Positions 47,377 to 56,809 of a stretch of 57,755 bases of DNA are shown piece by piece. Position 1 is the first letter of the stretch, and each line of letters begins with the position of its first letter. The notes under the pieces are model-generated. The model was not told the origin of the DNA. It made no database searches and saw nothing but the letters and a program-made list of their open reading frames with translations. The stretch is taken from positions 1-57,755 of IMG/VR virus record IMGVR_UViG_3300023115_000024; one strand, 5' to 3'. The position numbers and the translations under genes were made by a program. This DNA comes from a virus (taxonomy: Duplodnaviria; Caudoviricetes).

Positions 47377-48801
47377 TTAGTCAATTACTTCAAAGTCATC
47401 ATAACTGTATGGTTCAAGTCTTTGCCTTTGTGCTGTTCTATCAACATAATCATTTTCAGGATGAATTAAAGAAACGTTGTATCTTATTCTGTTTAGTGTG
47501 TATGCTGTATCAGAAAAATCTTTACTTCCTGCAAGGACTCCTTCATATATATTTGGAAATATCTCATCACAATATAAAGCAGAATTTGAATGATAATACC
47601 CTTCATGTCCGTAAGACATTAGATCATCTTTTGTTCCACAAATATCGTTCCACCCGTGACCAAAATCTGGAAAGATGTATCCGCTTGCCGGATAGCCTTG
47701 ATTTTCTGGACCGTGTGCAAGACCTACACTATGACCCATCTCGTGTAGGTCTACATATTTACCACAATTGCTCATAGATGCAGGTACTTGGCCTGTTCTA
47801 AATGTCGTTTTAACGTTGGCAACACCACAAGTATTTGGATAAGTTGTGCCGCGTCCTAGTACAATATCGACTGGCAAGTTTCTTGCTAAATTTATGATTT
47901 CAGTTGTTGAGTGCCAATGCACTAGATAAAGCCTTGTGAGTTTATATCTGACATGTACTCCTGATCTTTCATAAACTTCATTGTAAGTTTTTACTTTCTT
48001 TTCGTACCTTGCCCACTGTTCATTTGTTTCATCCCATTCCTCTAATATTTCTATTGGTTGATCGTTACCGTACTTAGAATGAGATGCATACACAAAAATT
48101 CCAAGTTCCCAAGTAACAATAGTGTCATCGTCTTCACCGTAATAAATGTATTCTTGACTTGGTCTTTGATAATAACCTACACAATCTATTCTGTCTTCTA
48201 CTGTGCAGACAGGCTCAGGATCAATACGAAACTGTATTTCCTTTGTGCCTAAAGTAAGAACGCCATCGCCAGTACGACCGTCTCCGTAGATTAGAATGTA
48301 GTCTCCGTCACGTTCTAAAGATCCAATAGTTGTTGAAGCATGTTCTATACCCCACGGCTCTTTTTCTCCTAAAAAGTCTGTGTAATTGACATAAACAACA
48401 GCAGGATAAAATCTATCACCTTCTGCTTTTTCTAGTTCTAATACAAGAGTAGGCGGTTCCCATCCGCACTCTGCTGACTGATTGTCTTTTTCAGAATATG
48501 TCCCCCCATTGCCATCTGCATATTGGAACCATTTTACTCCTGGATAGTCTTTTGAACATCCTTCACGTAACAGTGTACCTGCTTCTGGAACAGGAGGTGT
48601 GTACCCGCACTGTTTTGAACTGCCAGTCACACTTGTTATAACGCCGCCATTTCCGTCAGCAATTTTTTCAATTAGGGTTGTGCCATTGCAAGACCATTTA
48701 ATAACTGTGCCTTGTTCTGGATGTGTTGGCGGCTCAAGGCCACAATAAGTTGATATAAATCCGTAAAGGAAAAGGGTGTTACACAGGTTAGTAAAAAACA
48801 T
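47377..48801 (-). CDS. secreted zinc metallopeptidase (metzincin)
   Basis: HEMGHSVGLAH plus Met-turn LMSY; two N-terminal ADGNGG-containing Cys repeats. Confidence 0.8.
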   Translation of the reverse strand: MFFTNLCNTLFLYGFISTYCGLEPPTHPEQGTVIKWSCNGTTLIEKIADGNGGVITSVTGSSKQCGYTPPVPEAGTLLREGCSKDYPGVKWFQYADGNGGTYSEKDNQSAECGWEPPTLVLELEKAEGDRFYPAVVYVNYTDFLGEKEPWGIEHASTTIGSLERDGDYILIYGDGRTGDGVLTLGTKEIQFRIDPEPVCTVEDRIDCVGYYQRPSQEYIYYGEDDDTIVTWELGIFVYASHSKYGNDQPIEILEEWDETNEQWARYEKKVKTYNEVYERSGVHVRYKLTRLYLVHWHSTTEIINLARNLPVDIVLGRGTTYPNTCGVANVKTTFRTGQVPASMSNCGKYVDLHEMGHSVGLAHGPENQGYPASGYIFPDFGHGWNDICGTKDDLMSYGHEGYYHSNSALYCDEIFPNIYEGVLAGSKDFSDTAYTLNRIRYNVSLIHPENDYVDRTAQRQRLEPYSYDDFEVID

Positions 48802-48865
48802 AGCAGACTCCTTACTTGCGTATGTCAGCACATGATACCACCGTAAGTCTACTGATGTATTTTAT

Positions 48866-49546
48866 TTAAGAAAAATTTTCGTAGTAATTATAAACTCTGG
48901 ACCACCACTCGTTCTTCCATTCGTCGAACTCGTCTGGCCAAATGTCAAACTGTTGATACTCACCTGCACGACTGCACATGAATACATGACCTTCACGGAT
49001 GTCTGTGCCGTGAACTTCGTTATGAGCTATCGCATATGCTGTCAATTGTAGGAAGTAATCAACTACCCATTCTTCTTTCTTGGGTTTATTTGTTTGCTTA
49101 AAATCCATTATACAGGGCTGACCTTTGTATACACCTACAAGATCAGTTGTACCTGCGTAAATGCCTGGAACATAAAGTGGAACTTCACTTCCCCATATTT
49201 CGTCCACATCTGTCATGGCTTTTTCTTTAATCTGTGTAGCCATCATGTGTGCTTGTTGAGCATAAGGATTACTTCCTGGTTCAGGCCATTCACCTGTATC
49301 TATATAATCTTCTAGATACTTGTGCATACGTGTGCCTACACCAGCTGCTTCAGTTACAATTTCTTGTGCTTTCTTTTCGCCTACACGTTTCTTCCAAGCG
49401 ATGAGATGTGTTTTGTCTTTAGTTGCATCAAGTATAGTTGTTACACTAGCAACTGGAGAGGATCCTGGGGCTGCATATCTTCTTTTGCCGTCTACTTCAA
49501 CCCGCTTTAATTTTTCGTAGACGTACTTTTCTGTGATTAAGCTCAT
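48866..49546 (-). CDS. PD-(D/E)XK exonuclease (Cas4-like)
   Basis: SVTTIL, GT..H, AGTTD, DFK and QLTAYA motifs. Confidence 0.85.
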   Translation of the reverse strand: MSLITEKYVYEKLKRVEVDGKRRYAAPGSSPVASVTTILDATKDKTHLIAWKKRVGEKKAQEIVTEAAGVGTRMHKYLEDYIDTGEWPEPGSNPYAQQAHMMATQIKEKAMTDVDEIWGSEVPLYVPGIYAGTTDLVGVYKGQPCIMDFKQTNKPKKEEWVVDYFLQLTAYAIAHNEVHGTDIREGHVFMCSRAGEYQQFDIWPDEFDEWKNEWWSRVYNYYENFS

Positions 49547-49561
49547 TAATTAATAATAACA

Positions 49562-49915
49562 TCAAAGATCTTTTAAGTCAACCGCATTTTTAGCCATTTT
49601 GCCGACTGTGTCACTGGGACGACCTGGATTGCCTTTAAGATTCTTAACATCGTCTACTTCACTTGATTTAAACTCAATCTTTTCTTGATCAAAGTTTGTA
49701 ACAAGTTGCTGAAGTTTTGGATCAGCATCATATGCTGCTTTAAAAACTTCGTAATTAAACTGGCCACGGCCTTGGTTTTGCATAAACTTATCTAGTTTAT
49801 TCATAGATAAAGCGGCAATGCCTGCCGCTTTTTGTTGTCTTAAGACATTGTAAAGAAAGTCGCTATCTACAGCTTCACTTACTTTTTTTTTGAACTCTCG
49901 TTCATGTTTTCCCAT
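49562..49915 (-). CDS. hypothetical phage protein
   Basis: ORF; C-terminal V.KMAK.A. Confidence 0.55.
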   Translation of the reverse strand: MGKHEREFKKKVSEAVDSDFLYNVLRQQKAAGIAALSMNKLDKFMQNQGRGQFNYEVFKAAYDADPKLQQLVTNFDQEKIEFKSSEVDDVKNLKGNPGRPSDTVGKMAKNAVDLKDL

Positions 49916-50748
49916 GTTCCAGCATTTTCTTTGCCGTACTTCTTAATAAAAGCCGCTTTGCTCATTTTTTCAGCATCGGCCATCATTGCATTTTTAGTAG
50001 CGCCTTCTTTGATACGCTTGCCTTTAGGTGTAGCTGACTCACGCTTTTCACGGCCTAATTCTTCGTCGCCGCCTGCGGCTGCATCACTAGCTTCAAAATC
50101 GTCTTCGCCGCCTAGTGCAATTTCATCTTCGTCGTCTGGCTCTTCCATGTCCATATCCATGTCCATGTCATCGTCGCCCATTGTATCCATTGGCTCTGCT
50201 TCACCTGTAAGCATACCAACACCTTGAGTTAAACTATTACGAGTTGATTCCATTGCTGCATACATTGATTCAAGTGCAGGCTTAATTGCAGATGTAAATG
50301 CTTCTGACTTTTCTGAGCCCATTTCGTCGCGTATAGCATCAGCAAGTTCTAGCATTGATTCTGTTTGCATCTCTGCTGTGTCTTCCATCCAGCCTGTAAC
50401 ACGGTCAACCATGTCCTTTGCAGCCATTACTAGTTCTGCTTCGTCTTCTGCGCCTTCAGTAACCTGCTCAACTGCTTCGTCAATTGCGTCAATGATAGTG
50501 TCGTCACGTTCTGAAATTGCTGCATTCAAAACATCTAGGAAAAGTTTATTTTTTTGATAATCTTCTTTTTGAACGCTGTCAAAGCTTTCAGTAGTTTCTA
50601 CATTGAATACTTTAGTTCTTAACTTATTACGGGCATCAAGTAGTTGCTCAGTAGTAAACTGGTCAACATCGATCCTTGTGCCAAACTTTTGAGCTAGGCT
50701 TTCATTAAGCTTCTTAGCTGTTACTTTTGTAAATTCTCTTAGGTTCAT
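49879..50748 (-). CDS. acidic prohead core/scaffold-like protein
   Basis: Many L/I-x-E sites, helical, acidic low-complexity tail. Confidence 0.55.
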   Translation of the reverse strand: MNLREFTKVTAKKLNESLAQKFGTRIDVDQFTTEQLLDARNKLRTKVFNVETTESFDSVQKEDYQKNKLFLDVLNAAISERDDTIIDAIDEAVEQVTEGAEDEAELVMAAKDMVDRVTGWMEDTAEMQTESMLELADAIRDEMGSEKSEAFTSAIKPALESMYAAMESTRNSLTQGVGMLTGEAEPMDTMGDDDMDMDMDMEEPDDEDEIALGGEDDFEASDAAAGGDEELGREKRESATPKGKRIKEGATKNAMMADAEKMSKAAFIKKYGKENAGTWENMNESSKKK

Positions 50749-50781
50749 TGCACTCTTTCCTAGTTTGATTAATAATATTTA

Positions 50782-51204
50782 TCAAAGATTAAAAATATAC
50801 TTATCTAATTTTTTCTGTATAAAGCTGGTTTCTTGAATTGCAATATCTAATCTATTCTGTCTTGCCTCAATATACTTATAATCTTTACTATTTTTTATAG
50901 AATTTTTATAAAACACTGCATCATTATAATGTTTTAAAAGGTCTTTGTCAAGTTCTAAAATATCTTTGTAACTACGCTTCTTAATAAAGTTTTTTACAAG
51001 TGCGATAGCAGTGTATTTGAAATTAGTAACAGCAACACTTTTGTTTTCTTTTATATCGAAAACAATATATTGTCCATGTTTGGTTTTTCTAATCACACAA
51101 TTTTTGATGCGGATAGATTTAGGAGTGACTTGAGGTACATCTAGATCGATCACACTTTGATCAATGATGTCTTCTAGGTCCTTTAGGATTTTATCAGAAA
51201 TCAT
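50782..51204 (-). CDS. hypothetical protein
   Basis: ORF. Confidence 0.55.
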   Translation of the reverse strand: MISDKILKDLEDIIDQSVIDLDVPQVTPKSIRIKNCVIRKTKHGQYIVFDIKENKSVAVTNFKYTAIALVKNFIKKRSYKDILELDKDLLKHYNDAVFYKNSIKNSKDYKYIEARQNRLDIAIQETSFIQKKLDKYIFNL

Positions 51205-51397
51205 TTTTAACCACCATGACGCTATTGTTGTACAGTACTTTACTTAGTATACTTTTTCTAATTAGTTCGTTAATTATGACTTGCTGTCTTTCATCAAAAC
51301 TTGACATTGGCACTAGGCCGTTAATATCTTCCAATAACTCTTTTTGTTCATTGGTTGTATAGATTTCAAAATCTGATATCAAGTTACTAATTTTCAT
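51194..51397 (-). CDS. hypothetical protein
   Basis: Coupled ORF. Confidence 0.55.
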   Translation of the reverse strand: MKISNLISDFEIYTTNEQKELLEDINGLVPMSSFDERQQVIINELIRKSILSKVLYNNSVMVVKNDF

Positions 51398-51714
51398 ATT
51401 CTAGATCTTCTTGCACCACGTCTTTTATGGGGTTTTATTCTTCTTCTTCCTATGTTAAGTCTTTTTAATTTTTGACTTGCTGGATTTGTTCTTTTGGTTC
51501 TGCTTCTTTTAATATCAAGTGTTTTACCTTTTGATCTTCTTGTTTTTTTAAGTGTGACACTTGCTTTTACGTTTTTAGGCGCATTACACGTTGCTGCCTT
51601 TGCAACAATACGGCCTTTTCTAGGTCCGCTTGTGCATCTATATTTTCTAACTGTTTTATTACCCTTTTTACCAAATACTGTAGTAATACCTTCAAGGAGT
51701 TCTCTTACAAACAC
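51394..51714 (-). CDS. highly basic protein, paralog of 51714-52010
   Basis: VRKYRCTSGPRKGRIV...C.AP...RTKRTNPAS. Confidence 0.75.
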   Translation of the reverse strand: MFVRELLEGITTVFGKKGNKTVRKYRCTSGPRKGRIVAKAATCNAPKNVKASVTLKKTRRSKGKTLDIKRSRTKRTNPASQKLKRLNIGRRRIKPHKRRGARRSRI

Positions 51715-52010
51715 TAGCGTCTCCTTTTGTTCATTGCCTGTATTCTACGACTGGCTGGATTTACTCTCTTGGTACGCTTTGCTTTACGTGCCATCCTTTT
51801 TCCTAAACGTGCTTTTGTTCTTTTAAGTGTAGCTCGTTTCTTAGGATCAGGCGCTGCAAAACATGCAGAGATTTTTGAAACTATTCTATTTTTACGTGGA
51901 CCAGACGAACAACGATACTTGCGTACCACTTTCTTTCCAGAACGTGCCCAAGTCTGACCTTCATCTAGGTCATCGATATTATCGTCATAAAAAAACTCAC
52001 GTACTAACAT
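51714..52010 (-). CDS. highly basic protein, paralog of 51394-51714
   Basis: VRKYRCSSGPRKNRIV...C.A.P...RTKRVNPAS. Confidence 0.75.
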   Translation of the reverse strand: MLVREFFYDDNIDDLDEGQTWARSGKKVVRKYRCSSGPRKNRIVSKISACFAAPDPKKRATLKRTKARLGKRMARKAKRTKRVNPASRRIQAMNKRRR

Positions 52011-52032
52011 ATAGTTATTTATCGTGAGCGGT

Positions 52033-52278
52033 TTAGAAGTTTATTAAAATTATAACAATAGTAGATAGTAAACCTGCTACCACTGTTCCAGCTGTGCCAA
52101 TAAGCACTCTTGTCATTGAGCTTTGGCCATCTTTGAGATCTTTGTGTATATCTCTTAATGTGTTTTCAACCGTTGATAGTCTATTGTCAAGATTACGATA
52201 GCGTAACGCACATAAATCAACGTGCGCTTCTAAACTTGATTTTTCTAATTCGGTTGTATCGCCCATTTCACCAGACAT
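52033..52278 (-). CDS. coiled-coil protein with C-terminal TM (holin/hemolysin-like)
   Basis: LEAHVDLCALRY, heptads, terminal TM helix. Confidence 0.6.
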   Translation of the reverse strand: MSGEMGDTTELEKSSLEAHVDLCALRYRNLDNRLSTVENTLRDIHKDLKDGQSSMTRVLIGTAGTVVAGLLSTIVIILINF

Positions 52279-52362
52279 TAAAATAATGTTCTCCCATAAA
52301 GTAAACTCGTAGTTGGCCTTTAGATGTTGTATTATTGTGCCTGGTTACTCAATGTAACACTT

Positions 52363-52758
52363 TTATTTATCAGTTTTTTTGAAAATAATGTTCTTACTTG
52401 CTGAATTTTGAGAAGAAAACACAGCATTTTTAAATTGAACACTTTCGTCTAATCCTGTAATAATTGGGATTAAGTCAAAGTCTTTGTGCAATGTTTCTAT
52501 ATCTATCGCATCTTCATATTCTATATCAAAAGTATATTCCCAAATATTTTGCTTATTTTTATAATCTTTACCAAAACTATACTTGCCCGGCATGTCTTTT
52601 TTACACTCTGGTGCACCAATATAAGTAGGATTAACACGAAGACCAATAGTCTGTAGAACGGTTAGAAAATTTTGCTGTTGCTTAAACAGTTTAGGATCTT
52701 CTCCTCTACGAGCTCCTGTTTCTGTGATGTCTACTAATGTGTAAAGTGTAAATCTCAT
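52363..52758 (-). CDS. hypothetical phage protein
   Basis: TLVDIT.TG and QQQNF.T..Q...LR motifs; TAAATA box upstream. Confidence 0.6.
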   Translation of the reverse strand: MRFTLYTLVDITETGARRGEDPKLFKQQQNFLTVLQTIGLRVNPTYIGAPECKKDMPGKYSFGKDYKNKQNIWEYTFDIEYEDAIDIETLHKDFDLIPIITGLDESVQFKNAVFSSQNSASKNIIFKKTDK

Positions 52759-52775
52759 AACGTATTTACAGACAT

Positions 52776-52807
52776 AAAAAAAGAGCCCACATAAATGTGA
52801 GCTCTTT
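52776..52807 (-). terminator. intrinsic terminator
   Basis: AAAGAGCUCACAU...AUGUGGGCUC followed by U7. Confidence 0.8.
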
Positions 52808-52845
52808 GGTGTGCCTAAGCACGGTCCCTAAGGTAGTGGGATTTT

Positions 52846-53139
52846 TTACATGCCTAAGATTGAAGCAGGCTGTGCGCAAGTTGTTGAAGCAATGATTTCT
52901 GATGCACGAGCTGCAATGTCATCAGTGTCAGTGTTGTGACCGTCCATTACCATTACGATTTTTGTACCGTCTGCTTCCATGATCATTGGGTTGAACTCTT
53001 GTGCGATTGCTTCTAGTGTTCCGCCAATGCCTGCTGATGGTGTTGAACCAGCTGTTAGTACAAATGTTGTTACATTTGCTGTTTCATACTTAGTTGCGTC
53101 TGCGTGACCTACGCCGTGTACTCTTGTTACCTCTGCCAT
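52846..53139 (-). CDS. abundant small virion protein (putative)
   Basis: TAAATA box, 5' hairpin, strong SD AGGAG, own terminator; TRVHG motif. Confidence 0.6.
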   Translation of the reverse strand: MAEVTRVHGVGHADATKYETANVTTFVLTAGSTPSAGIGGTLEAIAQEFNPMIMEADGTKIVMVMDGHNTDTDDIAARASEIIASTTCAQPASILGM

Positions 53140-53250
53140 TTTATTTCTCCTATTTCTCTAATGGCAAGTTCACTTTCTATGAACTTGTATAATATTATTT
53201 AGCAAAATGTATAAAAAATAGGCTTTTTAGGGCAAAAACGAGGAAAAAAT

Positions 53251-54111
53251 TTATTTTTTTGCTCTCTTTTGTAGTGCACGTAGTTGTTGTACAAAGGCGG
53301 GGCCTGCTTGAACAATATCATCAAGCATTTCGATTGCTGGCAAGTATGCCTGCACCATGCTAGAACTTGCAGCTTTTCCGTCTTTAGCTGCTTCTAAAAA
53401 CTTCTTAGTTAAGGCAAGATTACGATCGCCGACTAGATATCTGTAAAGTGCTAAGTCACCCGGACGGGTTGCAATGTCAGGACGGCTAACAGTTGGTTCT
53501 GGATCAATTACACTTGCTTTCTCTAGATCTTTTATTTGGGCAAACTTTTCAAAGTCTTCAATTATATCAGAACTACGAAGCTTTGCTCTTACAGCAAAAA
53601 TAAGTCTAGTTGACAATAAACGCTTTTCTGCTTTTGTAAGTTTACTAAAATTTACAAGATTTCTACGTATAGCTTTGTAATCTGAATTTGTAATATTCAA
53701 TCCGCTTTCTAGCTTCATAAACATATTAGAAATTTGCAAAGGCTTTCTACCTTGTGCAATATATTGAATATATCTGTTTACGTCTGCAACAGGTATATTA
53801 GTAGTTTTTTTTAATTTCTTTGCAGCACCCGGATCTTTAAGTTTATCTTGGGCACTGTCATCTCCTACAAGGAAATAGATAAAATTATATAGGTCAGTGC
53901 CCATTATGCGATAAAATTTGTATAATTCAAAACCAGATGTTTTTTTACAGTAGCGTTGTACATATCCTCTAAAATCAGGATATTGACGCATAGTTTCCAA
54001 AGCCAACAGAGTCAAGTAAGCTCTTTCACCACAGTCAGTATATGTCAGCTTTTTTGAGCTGCCATTGTCTTTGGTCATCCTTGACTCGTGTAGGTCTTTA
54101 ATAAAATCCAT
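53251..54111 (-). CDS. hypothetical phage protein (putative head-internal)
   Basis: N-terminus MDFIKDLHESR. Confidence 0.6.
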   Translation of the reverse strand: MDFIKDLHESRMTKDNGSSKKLTYTDCGERAYLTLLALETMRQYPDFRGYVQRYCKKTSGFELYKFYRIMGTDLYNFIYFLVGDDSAQDKLKDPGAAKKLKKTTNIPVADVNRYIQYIAQGRKPLQISNMFMKLESGLNITNSDYKAIRRNLVNFSKLTKAEKRLLSTRLIFAVRAKLRSSDIIEDFEKFAQIKDLEKASVIDPEPTVSRPDIATRPGDLALYRYLVGDRNLALTKKFLEAAKDGKAASSSMVQAYLPAIEMLDDIVQAGPAFVQQLRALQKRAKK

Positions 54112-54518
54112 TAACGACCTCTAGCTACCATATCTGCTTGACGAGCTATTTCGTCATCGTCTGGTGCTGTATCCATATCGTCTTCTGGTTCGTCTTCGGG
54201 CTCAGGGTCTGCTACTTTAGGTGCTACACCTTTTGCTACCAACTTCTCGCCAAATGCCATAAACTTCTCAATTGTTTTCGAATTCATACCACTTTCTTTT
54301 TCGAGATCTTGCACACTTCTTGGTCCAAATGTAGTACCAAATTTTGTAAGCGCATTACCTAAGACTGACATTTTGTTAAACATGTCAATTTCTGCATCTG
54401 ACTTACCTTTCATCGAAGCTGTTTCACTGTGCCTCATCAATGCTCTACCAATGTTAGCCAGTATCTTGTGATTAGGATCTGTTTCCATTCCTGCTTCTGT
54501 TACTTCGTTTATTTTCAT
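54111..54518 (-). CDS. hypothetical phage protein (putative head-internal)
   Basis: N-terminus MKINEVTE. Confidence 0.6.
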   Translation of the reverse strand: MKINEVTEAGMETDPNHKILANIGRALMRHSETASMKGKSDAEIDMFNKMSVLGNALTKFGTTFGPRSVQDLEKESGMNSKTIEKFMAFGEKLVAKGVAPKVADPEPEDEPEDDMDTAPDDDEIARQADMVARGR

Positions 54519-54528
54519 ATCTATTTCC

Positions 54529-55680
54529 TTAATTTGGTGTCCATCTATTACGTGGAACTAATTTAGTTTTACTTCCGAGAGCAACGTAACCTTCGCCACC
54601 CTTTTCGCCTTTTGTTGTTGCCTTAACGTCTGCGTCAGCATCGTCTAATTGATCTATGATATGATCCTTTACAGACATAATTTGTTTTACAAGTCCTAGT
54701 ATTGCTGTTAAGCCACCAGTTTGTTCTTCTAATGCTGCTAGTTTTGCTTGCTGTCCTTGACTTACTTTACTTTGCTTTAACCAATTAAAAAAGTTTGATT
54801 CTAATTGACTTAGGTTCTTAGCCTTTCCCATTTGGTTTAGATAAGTGTAGATAATTTGTCCAGGGTTACTTAATCCTTGTGTACCCTTTAGAAATGCATC
54901 TACTGCTTTTGCACTACTTTGCACTCTTTTTCTTATGCTGTCAACCTCTTTTGTGTCTACTGTGGGCTGATGTGTTACATAAGTTTGTCCTAGCACTACA
55001 GCGTCTTGAGAATTAAGTTCTTTTACATCTTTAATAGGTGTGCCAGACTTGCTGCCCCATTCATCAAATTTTGTGTGAACTACTACACCAACTTTTGAAT
55101 TCGCTATGCGTCCGCCGAGTTGGCTCTTCGTATCTACTGTGTATTTGACATTATTGGGTTCAAATTCTACTGCTCCGTCAGTAGTGCTAAACGGTTTACG
55201 TGGACTGTATAATAAATCTCCGTATACATATCCGCGGAAGTTTGGAGGTGTAGCTGCTTTCATGATATTGAACACCTCTGCCATTTCAGCACCAAAGTCT
55301 GCTCTCCATGGTTCTTCTTCTACACCTTTGCCTGAATTTTGGATAAAACGACTTAGGTCTTCTGCTGAAGTTGATTTGTTTCTGCCCCAGCCGTTCTTGC
55401 CTACAAGAACAAATTGTCCATCTGGCTCACGTCCCCAATAGATAGTAGGGTTGCCGTCCCATTTGATAGCAACATCTCCTGAGTCTGAGCCAAGCTTTTC
55501 TAATATATCTGCTGCCTCCATTCCACCTTGTGATCCTTTTACAAACACAAGATCCTCTAGGTGTTGGTATTCTCTACCCACCTTTGCTGCTTCTGAGAGA
55601 CTTTCGCAAACACAGGGTTCTGCATTGCATTTGCCGCATACCCAATCCTCTTTTAAAATACGAAATTCTGTAAATCTCAT
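54529..55680 (-). CDS. ligase-fold (KWDG) protein, DUF6267-like
   Basis: HLEDL, KWDG, GDLLY, GEGYV and KLVPR nucleotidyltransferase-like motifs. Confidence 0.7.
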   Translation of the reverse strand: MRFTEFRILKEDWVCGKCNAEPCVCESLSEAAKVGREYQHLEDLVFVKGSQGGMEAADILEKLGSDSGDVAIKWDGNPTIYWGREPDGQFVLVGKNGWGRNKSTSAEDLSRFIQNSGKGVEEEPWRADFGAEMAEVFNIMKAATPPNFRGYVYGDLLYSPRKPFSTTDGAVEFEPNNVKYTVDTKSQLGGRIANSKVGVVVHTKFDEWGSKSGTPIKDVKELNSQDAVVLGQTYVTHQPTVDTKEVDSIRKRVQSSAKAVDAFLKGTQGLSNPGQIIYTYLNQMGKAKNLSQLESNFFNWLKQSKVSQGQQAKLAALEEQTGGLTAILGLVKQIMSVKDHIIDQLDDADADVKATTKGEKGGEGYVALGSKTKLVPRNRWTPN

Positions 55681-56486
55681 CTAGTTAGTGCCTTCATTAG
55701 TTCAACTACACGATCGTGATTGCGGTCAGCAAGTGTTTCAGGTACTGACTTACCTTCTTTTTCCATTGCTTCTTTCCAAGGAGCAATTAGTTCTTGATAG
55801 TTAGGATCACCTTTAATCTTTGCAAGCATACTTTCTACAGTATGCGTGTCTGCCTCAGTAGCACCTTTGCCTAATAGGACAACTGCAATATCGTTCCAGT
55901 TATCTGCAACTACTTCGTCGCCTTTGTTTGGATCAACTACACCAAATTTAGGACTAAACTTGTAGCCTCTACCTCTTGCAATACTAGACAATAGTATAGC
56001 TCTGTCCTTACCTGAGTATTGTTCTGTGCCGCCACGCTTGGCTCCACGTTGCAAGTCTGGATTAGTTGTCATCATAAAGTCTGTTTGCACATAGCCTTCG
56101 CCGCCTTGGATAGGCATACGGAAGTGTACTTGGTCACCAGCATTGTGTATCCAGCCGCCCGTAAACTTACGACCTTGATTCATTATTTCATCTTCTGGGA
56201 TACCTTGCTTCTTGCACCATGCAGTAAGTTTTGCAATTAACTCGTCTTTGCTTATCTTGTTTAGGTCAGTGTTTAAATCCAAGTCGCCTGAACTATTCTT
56301 TTCAAATGTTCCGTCTGGATCTGACTTTTTGCCTGTGGTTCCTAGTAGATCGTCATCAACAAATTCTAAACCTGTAATCTTTTCAATTGCATCAACAGTA
56401 GGTCTTACAGCTGGCGTAGGAATACGCTGTGTAAGTGGACCTTGCTCTGTTTTGAAAACATTACCGCCTTCATTAAGTTTCTTCAT
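55677..56486 (-). CDS. Pol-beta-type nucleotidyltransferase-like protein
   Basis: EGGNVF, LGTTGKK, SGDLD and VQTDFM. Confidence 0.65.
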   Translation of the reverse strand: MKKLNEGGNVFKTEQGPLTQRIPTPAVRPTVDAIEKITGLEFVDDDLLGTTGKKSDPDGTFEKNSSGDLDLNTDLNKISKDELIAKLTAWCKKQGIPEDEIMNQGRKFTGGWIHNAGDQVHFRMPIQGGEGYVQTDFMMTTNPDLQRGAKRGGTEQYSGKDRAILLSSIARGRGYKFSPKFGVVDPNKGDEVVADNWNDIAVVLLGKGATEADTHTVESMLAKIKGDPNYQELIAPWKEAMEKEGKSVPETLADRNHDRVVELMKALTR

Positions 56487-56739
56487 CTAACTTCTTACTC
56501 TCTATAACTTTTTGTATTGAACGCTTGAATTTACGTGGATCACCGTTCTTTATACTACTAAGAAATCTACGCTCAAGTTCATAGGCAGTTTCGTCTTCGT
56601 ATAGATGATGAATACGGCTGAGCAAATTGATTGCACTTTCAATAATATTATTTGCAGTAGAGTCTATAAAGTAATCGGTATCTTTTTTACCGTGTACATT
56701 ATTCAACTCTTCAAGTATAGATCTTGTTCGTTTTTTCAT
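56473..56739 (-). CDS. hypothetical phage protein
   Basis: TRSILEEL...IIESAINLL...D.RKF.R. Confidence 0.65.
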   Translation of the reverse strand: MKKRTRSILEELNNVHGKKDTDYFIDSTANNIIESAINLLSRIHHLYEDETAYELERRFLSSIKNGDPRKFKRSIQKVIESKKLDEET

Positions 56740-56809
56740 TGTTCAATTTCCTGTTAATGTATTTAGTGCATTTACCTTATAAATATTACAAACATTGGAG
56801 GGTGGTATA

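Noticed and set aside
48866-49546. Cas4-like nuclease as evidence of CRISPR-Cas
   Set aside because: No repeat-spacer array or other cas genes seen; solo PD-(D/E)XK exonucleases are common in phages.
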